Part shown: positions 17,501-26,015 of the stretch, in pieces
How the letters are laid out: each line of letters starts with the position of its first letter
Numbering within the stretch: position 1 is the stretch's first letter
Assembly (NCBI GenBank): GCA_035390665.1
Contig: DAOOUC010000002.1
Location: 60,001 to 92,000, forward strand
Direction of reading: 5' to 3'
Length of the DNA stretch: 32,000 nt
Origin: an archaeon
GTDB lineage: Archaea > Iainarchaeota > Iainarchaeia > Iainarchaeales > CSSED10-239
Notes under the pieces: model-generated
Database searches by the model: none
What the model was told of the DNA's origin: nothing
The model's input: only the letters and a program-made list of their open reading frames with translations
Position numbers and translations under genes: made by a program

Positions 17501-19947
17501 ATTTTTTTAATTCTATGGTTACCACTTTCTGCAACATATAAATCATTCCCATCTAATGTCATAAGATAAGGAGTATTAAATGCTTCTGTTGTTGTTGTTG
17601 CATAATTCCAGCCATAGTTTGCTACAAAAGAAAGATCTGATTTATTTAATACTTTTATTCTGTGACAACTTGCATCTGTAACATACACATAATTTTCATC
17701 AACAGCAATTCCGGTAGGATAATTAGTTTGTGTAGCACCACATCCATAATTAGTATAATTACTATCTGTGGTTTTTGCAACAAAAGCAAAAGTATTTTTA
17801 TCGTGTTTCTTCACTCTGTGGTTTCTGCCGTCGGTAATATAAATATAATTTTCATCAACAGCAACCCCCCTAGGTAAATAAAATCCTTCATCTGTTGTAG
17901 TACTTGAAGTACCAAAAGCAGTTGAGTAACTTAAATCTGATTTATTTAATCTTAATATTCTTGAATTTCCATAATCCACAACCCAAAGATAATCTCCATC
18001 AACAGTAAGATCATAAGGACTATTAACTCCTGTAGTTCCACTTCCTGCTGCAAGAGATTTTAATCCAAACATAGCAACAGTTTCAAGATTATCTGCTCTT
18101 TTCTTAATAATTCTAGAATTACCGTAATCAGAGATATAAATATATCCATCCTCGTAAGTTATTCCGTATGGAGTTAAAAGATTATCAGGATCAGCAATTC
18201 TTAGATTATATTGATTTTCTGGAAATCTTGAAACAAAATTAAGATTTTCATCTGATTTAATAATTCTGTGATTTGAAGAATCTGCAGTATAAACAAAACC
18301 ATCAGAATCAGCGGCTATAGAAATAGGATAAATAAATCTATTAAAATCGTTTCCAGAAGTGCTTCCACTTGAAGGTCTTATAGATAAAAGTGTCCATGTG
18401 CCTTTTTCATATTTTTTTATTCTGTGGTTTCCATATTCTGCAACATAAAGATAATTATTATCAACATATATTCCAACAGGTGTATTAAAATTAGTTGCAA
18501 CATTATTTGCGGTGCCTGTTGTTCCAAGATGAGTAACATATGTTAGATCATATTTATTTCTTATCATTACACGATGGTTTCCGCCATCTGCAATATATAA
18601 ATAATTATCATCAACATCTATTTCTCTTGGAGTACTTAATTGATCTTGTCCGGCACCAGCAGTATATCCGCCATAATGATTGACATAACTAAAATCATCC
18701 AGTTTTCTTACCATAATTCTATGATTTCCAGAATCAGATATATATAAATTATTGCCGTCTGTTGCAACGCCACGAGGATAACTTAAACCATTTATACTTG
18801 TCGTACTTCTTGCAACACTTAGTTTTCTAACAAATGACAAGTCATCTTTTCTAAATATTTTAATTTGTGCAAGACTGGAAGACCCATAATCAACAACATA
18901 TAAATAATCTCCATAAATTGCAATTTGAAAAGGATTAATAAATTCATAATCTCCTGATGAATTCATAGGAAATCCAATATGCTTAACATAGGAGTAATCT
19001 GATTTATTTAGTTTAATTAATCTAAAAAAAGAATCAATGTAATAGATATAATTATCATCTACATTTATGCTTAAAATTAAATAAGGGATTTCTATTCCTT
19101 GAGCATAAGTGTTTATTATTCTGTTACTATCTATATAGATATCCAGTCCACCAATTCTGGCGGTTTTACTAAAAAGATATCCAGAATAATTATTATCAAT
19201 TAATGTTTCAATTGTAAAGTCATTATTTCCAAGCATTAAATCTTTATCAATTTCTATTTTTGAAGATACCCCGTTAAAATTTGCACCATTACTATCAAAA
19301 GTGATATCTTCTACAATTTGTCTAAATGATTCTGATCCTTGATTAAAGTTATTTCCTTTAGTAAAATCAAAATTTAAAATAAGATTTGAATCATAATTTT
19401 CAACAACAAATAAATTTTCATCAGATTCATTTTCAAAATAATAATTTGGATCTAAGTTAGGGGACATTTTTTCAATATTAATAATAGGTATATTAGTATT
19501 TTCTGAAATAATTAATTTTAATTTTTGATTATTATTTACTATAAGACTCTCATTAAGATCTATAATCCCATTTAAATTTAATTTATATTCAATATCTGTA
19601 TTTTTTTTAGTAATTGTAATATTTTCAAAAATTTGTTCTTTAAATTCTTTAGATTCATTTTTAAGTGGTTGAATTATTGTTATTGTATTTGTAATTGCGT
19701 CAAAATTAATTTCATGATCTGTTTTTATATTTAGGTAAATAAAAGAATTATTAGTTAATCCTTTTAATTCTAAAAATTGTTGATTTATATAAAATAAATT
19801 TTCCTTGTTTTTTCTATAATTTAAAGAATCTGTAAGGTTATTAAAAAAAGGAGAAACTAATGCTAATATACTAATCATAACAACTACAGATAATACTAAA
19901 ATCAGTATGCCGGTAACGAGAGAGGTTGCCCCTTTTTTAGTTTTCAT
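14524..19947 (-). CDS. Giant pilin-like-anchored surface protein with LamG-like segments and about 24 NHL-type repeats, 1807 aa
   Basis: MKTKKGATSLVTGILILVLSVVVMISILALVSPFF N-terminus; repeated xxYIYVADxxNHRIKKxNKSDLSYVxxFG units; C-terminal LamG-like domain GLLSYYNLDETSGSVLDSTG...WTHIAMTYNSTTSAIRVFVNG...GSVDEVGIWTRTLTPEEISTLYNNG. Confidence 0.9.
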   Translation of the reverse strand: MKTKKGATSLVTGILILVLSVVVMISILALVSPFFNNLTDSLNYRKNKENLFYINQQFLELKGLTNNSFIYLNIKTDHEINFDAITNTITIIQPLKNESKEFKEQIFENITITKKNTDIEYKLNLNGIIDLNESLIVNNNQKLKLIISENTNIPIINIEKMSPNLDPNYYFENESDENLFVVENYDSNLILNFDFTKGNNFNQGSESFRQIVEDITFDSNGANFNGVSSKIEIDKDLMLGNNDFTIETLIDNNYSGYLFSKTARIGGLDIYIDSNRIINTYAQGIEIPYLILSINVDDNYIYYIDSFFRLIKLNKSDYSYVKHIGFPMNSSGDYEFINPFQIAIYGDYLYVVDYGSSSLAQIKIFRKDDLSFVRKLSVARSTTSINGLSYPRGVATDGNNLYISDSGNHRIMVRKLDDFSYVNHYGGYTAGAGQDQLSTPREIDVDDNYLYIADGGNHRVMIRNKYDLTYVTHLGTTGTANNVATNFNTPVGIYVDNNYLYVAEYGNHRIKKYEKGTWTLLSIRPSSGSTSGNDFNRFIYPISIAADSDGFVYTADSSNHRIIKSDENLNFVSRFPENQYNLRIADPDNLLTPYGITYEDGYIYISDYGNSRIIKKRADNLETVAMFGLKSLAAGSGTTGVNSPYDLTVDGDYLWVVDYGNSRILRLNKSDLSYSTAFGTSSTTTDEGFYLPRGVAVDENYIYITDGRNHRVKKHDKNTFAFVAKTTDSNYTNYGCGATQTNYPTGIAVDENYVYVTDASCHRIKVLNKSDLSFVANYGWNYATTTTEAFNTPYLMTLDGNDLYVAESGNHRIKKINKNNFFLSDMATFGTLGYMPSELYGPWGVAVSPDKIYVTDTANRRIVVYDRNLIDQNVLISGALYDNNNFGAMNNNQYNQPNAVSCDTNYLYITDTANNRLVKLNKTTGTAEVVNGRQYLSASPTYPNDFSTPSGIAVDENYIYQTDYSAHILTKRNISDLSKITAIGGSGTGNTNFTYPRGVAVDGTYVYVADTSNNRIKIHNKSDLSYVNQFGTVGSGTANFNGPQDVAVDNNYIYVADYTNNRIKIHNKNSPYAYVTMFGTSGTGDANYFRNPDGITVDDNYIYVSDYTNHRIVKYNKFTYQYIGKLGGTTYNNDNNSFYSPGRLSICNGEIYVPDTGNYRIQVLDTNLNYLRTYGERSFGENQYLNPRGVFVDDNSIYVVDTANHSVVKRNKTDFSFLARFGGPLLGATTDKFYNPYSVASDGTNVYVTDASYHRIKKLLASDLSFVSGIGGTSAGTGNNQFYGPYGINLFGNELFIADYSSGSIKIHNKSDLSFIARDYGMHGNSYYGPYGVAVDENYFYVSETLSFSIKKIRKSDYIVVAKITGYDQNYFDGRYFTQSYNQYVYGAPYELALDENYLYAADYANNRIMVFDKRDLSYIGKIGNYGQGYLNFYNPASVSVDNDYIYVGDTLNNRVVRRNKSDMLTENNGYASGYSYLPFSFASVVPISQDKPTHLVIQRKGKNLCYYINGKKENCIDISVNLNCFNFDTKTWLMSIASKDDITNTKGSMKYFRLYNRSFDDQDINKMFNTVNLDYNISNNDRNLTTGLLSYYNLDETSGSVLDSTGFRNGTIAGNTLQNQTGKIGTAYTFDGAGDYVNLGNNTITGNTDFSLSAWVKLNTNTTQGAVAIGKSTADLGAHIGFIGGAGAYDYANSNTANNSYSGGFYAYDLATGVNTIAEWTHIAMTYNSTTSAIRVFVNGIEKISVNRTSLNLDSTATRIARMQDSSSYDLNGSVDEVGIWTRTLTPEEISTLYNNGNGLTYPFTN
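15500..19080 (-). repeat. Coding array of about 24 NHL-type beta-propeller repeats
   Basis: About 24 units counted by eye, roughly 45-50 codons apart, each with Y-[IVLF]-Y-x-[ATS]-[DE]-x-x-N-x-R-[IV]; approximate boundaries. Confidence 0.85.
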
Positions 19948-19996
19948 AATATTATCATATATTATATACTAAAATATATTTATATTTCTTTTTAAT

Positions 19997-22900
19997 TTAA
20001 GAAAAAGTATAAAAAAGATTAGGAGAATATTGATTTATATATTCTGCATTTTTCCAAGCATCTGATCTTATTGTTTTTTCAACTCTTATTTCATCTACAT
20101 ATCCATCCCAATAATAAGAGGAAGTTCCACAAATGTATGGGAAATCAGTAGTATTTGTCCACACAAAACCATTAGTATCATAAACAATTTCATTATTAAC
20201 AAAAAATTTGCTATTTGTTGGAGAATTTTTGTTAATTGTTAAAACTAATTTTGTCCAATTTGTTGTTGCAGGAGAAGAAGAGGCTGCCTGAACAGTGTCT
20301 CCGATTCCTCTTGACCAAGTAGAGTTAGTTGTTCCAAGATAAATTCTTGCAGCCGCAGGAGTAAAAGAAGAAAAAGGTAGTGCTAATTTTGAAATTATAT
20401 TTGTTTTTGCCCAAAGGCTTACTGTTAATAAATTATTATCGTTTATTTCTGATAAAGATATTGGTGCAATAATATAATCATTAAATCCATCACAAAGTAC
20501 AGAATCACCAAAAAAACCTTCTGTTTTAAATTTAGATTTTGGAGTATTATCAAATAGATAAGGCGTTGCTATTACTTTACCTGTTGAATCTTTCAAACTT
20601 GATTGATTATTTTGAATAATTTCATCATCAAAATGTTCAACATAAAGATAATTTTCGTCCCAAACATCTGTGGAATTGTCTTCAGAAACATCGCTACCAA
20701 AATACATATAGATATTCGTATCTTGTGTTGATGAAAGATTAGGGATCTTTACCCATGCAATCACTCTAGTATTTGTGGTATTTGTTGTGCTATTTGGAGT
20801 AGGTGTCGTAGTATATTCTATCTTTAAACTTTCGGATTTAGAAGTAATTGGAATTGTAGTGGTTGGTATTTTTACTTGATAATTGTTTAAATCATCACTT
20901 GTTGTATTTTCAATTGTAATTGTATAGTTGTCTCCATTATCAATCACATTTACTGTTGGCTCAACAGGAACATATTTTCTTACATAGATATAATCAAATT
21001 CTGTATCTCCTATATCTGTTGCAGCACCACTAAATTGTCCAAGATGAATATAGTTTATATTTCTTGTAAATGTAGTAGTAGAAGGATAACTATAAATTGT
21101 GGAATTGTCCATATTTAAATCAAAGGTATTAGTTTTTGTAATAATATCAAATAAGTAATATTGATCTAAAGTTATTACACTTGCAAAAGAAGTATTTGTG
21201 ACATTGTGACTTCCTGCGGTTCCATTTCCTGCAAAAACATGTAAATTTAGATTGTTTACTCCTTTCATTGTTTCAATTTGCGCTTCTGAGGTTGTATTAC
21301 CGCTTGCAGTAAAAGTTGCTGAAGAAATACCTGGCATTGTTCCACCGTAATTAGCTGTTTGATTTATATTTTTAGAGCGAGATCTAATAATATAATTGTC
21401 TTGTAAATTGATGGATAATGGATTAGTTAAAGTTACAGCACCTACATTAATTCTTAGAGTTTCTCCAGAAGAAACATAAGTTGGTGTAGTTCCATTTGTC
21501 CATTTTCCTAAATCTAATTGTGCAGAAGTAAAATCATCAAAAAAATCAAACACACGGTCCCCATTAGGAATATATCCACTTTCTTTTGTTATTTTTAAAG
21601 TTCTAGTGGTATTAGCTGGAATTGTTTGTTTAATAAAAATAAATTTATTTGTTCCATCGTCTTCAATGTAGTAAGGAATTGTTCTTTCTTCTATAAACCC
21701 AATTGCAGTTAATGGTAGTTCTTCTACTTTTAGACTTTCTGTTTTGGTTGTAATTCCAATAATATTATTAGGTATAGACACCTGGTAATCTGTAAGATTA
21801 TCAGAAGAGCCATTAGTTATAACAATTTCATAAAAATTATCATTATCATAAACATCAACCCAAGGCACTTTATATGCATATTTTCTTACAAAAACATAAT
21901 CCACATACATCTCAGCAGCAGCTGGTTGTGTTCTTAGATTAAAATATCCTGTTTCATTAAAACAACGTTGGGTGTTTGTGGTTAAAAATCCACTATCATT
22001 AACTAGCGCTCCATTATCATCATAAACAACTTGTCTTACCTTATAAGTATTTTCATCAGTAATTGTTGCATCAAAATTTAAATATCTTCCATTTGCTGAA
22101 GATATTGTGCTTGCATATATTGCCGCCGCGCCACAATAATTACTTGCAAAGATTTCATAATTTGTAGTGTTTATATTTGTTCCAAAACCAATCCCTTTAT
22201 TATAAGTATATCCACAGGTTGCGCAATCAGCCATTACATGCATTGCACAATCTAGACTGGATGTGTTTGTTACAGGATACATTCTCATCTTAAATATTTT
22301 ATTATAAGAATTTAATTTATTTTTTGAAACAATATAAGCCGTTGTTCCATTTAAATAAATGTTTTGATCATTTTCTGCAGGTAAAGGAAATCCATTAATA
22401 TATCCCCACTTATTTGGGTCAATAGACCAATCATCAAAATCATCAAAGAATTCAAAAACATAATCTCCATTTGGAGAATATCCCGGAGTCTTTGTAATTT
22501 TTATTTTTCTTGTAGTGTTAGCAGGAATACTTGTTTTTATCCAGATTTTTTTATCTACATTAAGATCTTCAATATAATAATCTATTATTTTTGAATTAGA
22601 GGTTAAAGCTAAACTAGATGGTTTAATTACTTTTTCAATTTCTCTGTCTAATTTATTTCCAAAAGAGTCAATAAAGATTATATCTTTTCCATCATCTTTT
22701 GCTATTAGAAGTTTTAAATCACTTATATCTATTAACATTGGAAAGTTAGTTAAATCTTCAGTAATATAATCTTTGTTTATTGTTATTTTTAATCTATTTG
22801 ACCAATTTGAAGAATACCACGAATTAACTTCATCAATATCGGTGTTTTTATAAATATCAATTGATATCTCATCTAAATCTTCATCATATGCTTGATATTT

Positions 22901-23338
22901 TAAAGCTATTTGATTTTTTCCTAAATTAAACATTATATCTTTACAATTCAATTGTATTCTTTCAAGATTATCTAAATCTTTTTCAAAATAGATTTGATTA
23001 TTTTTCTTATAGGTTACAATATCATTAATTACTGTTTCATCTGTTCTATATTCTCCAGAATAATTAATTTTTCCAATAATCTGGTTATTTGTACAATCTA
23101 TTTCTATTTCTCCGGGATTATAAAAATTAAACTCAGTAGTTTGTTTATTTGAAATTGTGTCATTAAGTGCAAGATTAAATTTATCAAAATAATCAATCAT
23201 AGTTTCATAATTTGCTTTTTCTTTGCTTTTTGAGATAAGATCTATAGCAGAAGTTGTAACCATTGCTATGATTACAAAAGAGATTAATAGATAAGCCATT
23301 GTTGTAATAAGATTTGCTGCACCTTTTTGATTATTCAT
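19997..23338 (-). CDS. Pilin-like-anchored surface protein with DUF2341-like modules and LamG-like C-terminus, 1113 aa
   Basis: MNNQKGAANLITTMAYLLISFVIIAMVTTSAIDLI N-terminus; WSNRLKITINKDYITEDLTNFPMLIDI; VIAWVKIPNLSSTQDTNIYMYFGSDVSEDNSTDVWDENYLYVEHFDDE; C-terminal WTKLVLTINKNSPTNSKFFVNNEIV...GYVDEIRVEKTIRSDAWKNAEYINQ. Confidence 0.88.
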   Translation of the reverse strand: MNNQKGAANLITTMAYLLISFVIIAMVTTSAIDLISKSKEKANYETMIDYFDKFNLALNDTISNKQTTEFNFYNPGEIEIDCTNNQIIGKINYSGEYRTDETVINDIVTYKKNNQIYFEKDLDNLERIQLNCKDIMFNLGKNQIALKYQAYDEDLDEISIDIYKNTDIDEVNSWYSSNWSNRLKITINKDYITEDLTNFPMLIDISDLKLLIAKDDGKDIIFIDSFGNKLDREIEKVIKPSSLALTSNSKIIDYYIEDLNVDKKIWIKTSIPANTTRKIKITKTPGYSPNGDYVFEFFDDFDDWSIDPNKWGYINGFPLPAENDQNIYLNGTTAYIVSKNKLNSYNKIFKMRMYPVTNTSSLDCAMHVMADCATCGYTYNKGIGFGTNINTTNYEIFASNYCGAAAIYASTISSANGRYLNFDATITDENTYKVRQVVYDDNGALVNDSGFLTTNTQRCFNETGYFNLRTQPAAAEMYVDYVFVRKYAYKVPWVDVYDNDNFYEIVITNGSSDNLTDYQVSIPNNIIGITTKTESLKVEELPLTAIGFIEERTIPYYIEDDGTNKFIFIKQTIPANTTRTLKITKESGYIPNGDRVFDFFDDFTSAQLDLGKWTNGTTPTYVSSGETLRINVGAVTLTNPLSINLQDNYIIRSRSKNINQTANYGGTMPGISSATFTASGNTTSEAQIETMKGVNNLNLHVFAGNGTAGSHNVTNTSFASVITLDQYYLFDIITKTNTFDLNMDNSTIYSYPSTTTFTRNINYIHLGQFSGAATDIGDTEFDYIYVRKYVPVEPTVNVIDNGDNYTITIENTTSDDLNNYQVKIPTTTIPITSKSESLKIEYTTTPTPNSTTNTTNTRVIAWVKIPNLSSTQDTNIYMYFGSDVSEDNSTDVWDENYLYVEHFDDEIIQNNQSSLKDSTGKVIATPYLFDNTPKSKFKTEGFFGDSVLCDGFNDYIIAPISLSEINDNNLLTVSLWAKTNIISKLALPFSSFTPAAARIYLGTTNSTWSRGIGDTVQAASSSPATTNWTKLVLTINKNSPTNSKFFVNNEIVYDTNGFVWTNTTDFPYICGTSSYYWDGYVDEIRVEKTIRSDAWKNAEYINQYSPNLFYTFS

Positions 23339-25830
23339 GATTTTTCTAAGACTCCGACTTTAATAAATGCTTCAGGAATAGATTGATTATTAAATTCTGT
23401 TTTAATCCAGGAGTCAGATCTTGCAACATCTGATACTTTAAATTCATCAATAATTCCTGAGAATGCAAATGAATCTGCATAACCTAGTCTTAATGGGCTG
23501 GTATTTAATTTTATATTTACGTCTCTGTTTTTTTCTTCTTTTTGTCCATTAACAAAAATATATTCTTTATTTTCATCTATATTGTATCTATAGACAATAT
23601 GTGCAAATTCATTTGTTGGAACACGATTAGAGGAAAATAGGTTGCTTGTTGGTTGATTTTGTATTAAAATTGAACCAGGTCCATTTAACACAAATCGGCC
23701 AAAATTATTATATCTTTCATCTCCAAAAATCAAAGCATAACCTCCATTTGTTTCTCCAGTAAAATTTACCCAAACAGAAATTGTTTGATAATTCCAATCA
23801 TTGTTATATATTGTTCCAAATTCAACATAGTTACTACTTGCTAATGAAGGATAACCTCCGTCTAAAATAATTTTATGTTTGTTTGCTCCTCCAATTTGTC
23901 CATCTGTACTTGTTGTTGAATTAATATTATCAAATCCTTTTGCTATCCCTGTAAAATTATTTTTAGTAGAATCTATAAATCCATTTTCATCATTATTTGG
24001 ACTTTCATTTAGATGTTGTACCATAATAAACCCATCATCCCACACATCTTTGTCATTACTTTCATTTGCAGTTTCATTTCCAAAGTACATATAGATTGCA
24101 GTATCTTCTTCTGTAGTTAACTCAGGAATCTTAACCCAAGCAAATACTTCTGAGTGAGGAGTTAAAATTGTTTCTAATTCTCCAATAGAGTAAAAGTTTT
24201 CAGGAGCTGATTGATTATTGTATTCTGTTTTTATCCAAGATTCTGATCTCGTAATATTTGAGATACGTACTTCGTCTATTGGGCCATTATAATAATATCC
24301 ATCATTTCTTTTTCCAAAGAAAGTTATTCCTATGTTTGTGCCATTAGTTCCAGCAGTAGCTACCCCCAATAAATTTCCATCTATATAGAAATTATAGTCA
24401 TTAGAATTTACTTTTGTTATAGTTAGATATTTCCAGGCATTTTCCTTTGTCCAATTAAGTGTAACATAACCAGCGCTTCCATTATAAACTAAAAAATTAG
24501 TTCCATTATATCTTATACCAGTACCAGACCCCCCTAAAAAATATTGAATGTCAGTAACTGAATTTAAATTTGTCCACAAAGATGCGGTTTGAATAGAGGA
24601 TGTTAGAATTGTTATGTAATCATCTCCAAGATAAGCTTGTGCTTTCCCTATTTTTCCAGTAGTTTCAATAGGATTATTTGCAGATACTTTTGTTCCGATG
24701 TTATTATTCAAAGTACTATCTGCAATTGTTGTACTGTTATAATCGTTACTATGCCACACCCCAACATAATTACTATCCCAAACATTTGTGTCATTTGTGT
24801 TATTTTCCTCTGAGTTTCCAAAATACATGTAGATGTCTGTATTTTCTATTGAAGAAAGACTTGGAATCTTTACCCAAGCAACAAGCGAACCTGTTGTTGA
24901 ATTATAATCTTCTATTTCTCTTTTTAATCTTGTTCCATCACTACTAGTAAAATAAATATCTCTTCCATCACTTTGAGCATAGGTTTTAAGATCAGAATCT
25001 AGTAAAGAAACAAGCATTGGAAAATCTGTTAAGTCTCCATCTACTTTATCTTTGTCAATAGTTATTTTCTTTCTATATTCATAATTTTCTCTTAGAGAAT
25101 AACTTTCAATTTCTCTTTTTAATTTAGTTTTTCCGTCCTTAGAGGTAAAGATAATATCATTTCCATCAGAATTAGCATAATTCTTAAGATCTTGGTCTTC
25201 AAGATATATTAAAGCAGGAAAGTTTGTAAGATTGCCGTCTACTTTGTTTCCATCAATTAATATTTTCTTTCTATATTGCCAAGTGCTTGGAGTTTCATCA
25301 TACAACCCTAAGTTAGAAGCAGTAAACCAGTCATCTTCGATTACATTTTCTAAAAGTATAGTTATTTTATCTTTGTCTGTCTTTCTTAAATAGATTGTTG
25401 CATTAAGTTGATTTTCAAGAATATAAGATCTTACTAAATCAATATTACTTAAAGTAAAACCAGCATATAGTTTTTGTCCATTTCTATAGGTGTATTTCTC
25501 TGAGGTGTCGTCTAGTCTTAAATTATCTTTATAAAAGTCTCCATTAATTATACTATATACTTCAATTGTATTTGTATTTGAATCAATAATTAGAGTTAAG
25601 TTTTCTAAACTTAGTTCAATTTCTTTAGTATAACCAATAGGGCTATTATAAACTTCTTGAATATTATTGTAAAGATTATCTCTTAATCTTTTTGATTCTT
25701 CAAATTTCAGCTGAGATTTACTTGTTGTTATTTGCGGAATTAAAGCAGTTAATATTATTCCAATCACAACTACAGTTATTAGCATTAATAATATCTGACT
25801 AATTATTTCTGAAGTTCCTTTATTATTCAT
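23335..25830 (-). CDS. Pilin-like-anchored surface protein with duplicated DUF2341 and LamG-like domains, 831 aa
   Basis: MNNKGTSEIISQILLMLITVVVIGIILTALIPQI N-terminus; two adjacent copies of YRKKI-ID-KVDG-LT-FP-L; two AWVKIP-L segments; GIIDEFKVSDVARSDSWIKTEFNNQ. Overlaps the next gene by 4 nt (ATGA). Confidence 0.9.
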   Translation of the reverse strand: MNNKGTSEIISQILLMLITVVVIGIILTALIPQITTSKSQLKFEESKRLRDNLYNNIQEVYNSPIGYTKEIELSLENLTLIIDSNTNTIEVYSIINGDFYKDNLRLDDTSEKYTYRNGQKLYAGFTLSNIDLVRSYILENQLNATIYLRKTDKDKITILLENVIEDDWFTASNLGLYDETPSTWQYRKKILIDGNKVDGNLTNFPALIYLEDQDLKNYANSDGNDIIFTSKDGKTKLKREIESYSLRENYEYRKKITIDKDKVDGDLTDFPMLVSLLDSDLKTYAQSDGRDIYFTSSDGTRLKREIEDYNSTTGSLVAWVKIPSLSSIENTDIYMYFGNSEENNTNDTNVWDSNYVGVWHSNDYNSTTIADSTLNNNIGTKVSANNPIETTGKIGKAQAYLGDDYITILTSSIQTASLWTNLNSVTDIQYFLGGSGTGIRYNGTNFLVYNGSAGYVTLNWTKENAWKYLTITKVNSNDYNFYIDGNLLGVATAGTNGTNIGITFFGKRNDGYYYNGPIDEVRISNITRSESWIKTEYNNQSAPENFYSIGELETILTPHSEVFAWVKIPELTTEEDTAIYMYFGNETANESNDKDVWDDGFIMVQHLNESPNNDENGFIDSTKNNFTGIAKGFDNINSTTSTDGQIGGANKHKIILDGGYPSLASSNYVEFGTIYNNDWNYQTISVWVNFTGETNGGYALIFGDERYNNFGRFVLNGPGSILIQNQPTSNLFSSNRVPTNEFAHIVYRYNIDENKEYIFVNGQKEEKNRDVNIKLNTSPLRLGYADSFAFSGIIDEFKVSDVARSDSWIKTEFNNQSIPEAFIKVGVLEKS

Positions 25831-25918
25831 ATTAAAAATATATTTTAGTTAATTATTACTATAATATATAATATATTTAGTCTTTTAAATGTTTTGGATA
25901 TTAAATATTATAGAAAGT

Positions 25919-25991
25919 GGTCCGAATAGTGTAGTGGTTAGCATAGAGGACTGTGGATCCTCTGACTCGGGTCCAAATCCCGGTTCGGACC
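25919..25991 (+). tRNA. tRNA-His(GTG)
   Basis: Acceptor GTCCGAA/TTCGGAC with encoded G-1 (25919) opposite C73 (25991); anticodon arm GAGGA-CTGTGGA-TCCTC; T arm TCGGG-TCCAAAT-CCCGG. 3' CCA not encoded. Confidence 0.96.
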
Positions 25992-26015
25992 TATTTTAAT
26001 AAATATAGAACTATC

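Noticed and set aside
14769-17877. Several short plus- and minus-strand ORFs overlapping the giant gene (14769..14951, 14779..14973, 15799..16008, 15888..16139, 16515..16715, 16585..16845, 17662..17877)
   Set aside because: Ile/Cys/Ser-rich or Leu-rich translations typical of shadow ORFs of the repeat-coding gene; none resembles a real protein.
15500-19080. Regular repeats that could be mistaken for a CRISPR or tandem DNA repeat array
   Set aside because: The repeats are imperfect, stay in frame and encode NHL-type propeller blades; spacer-like unique segments of fixed length are absent.
23879-24947. Plus-strand ORFs 23879..24094 and 24678..24947
   Set aside because: Shadow ORFs of the duplicated DUF2341/LamG-coding region on the minus strand.
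25953-26015. Upstream start of the 204-aa ORF
   Set aside because: It lies inside the tRNA-His gene; ATG at 26016 gives a clean start just downstream of the tRNA.
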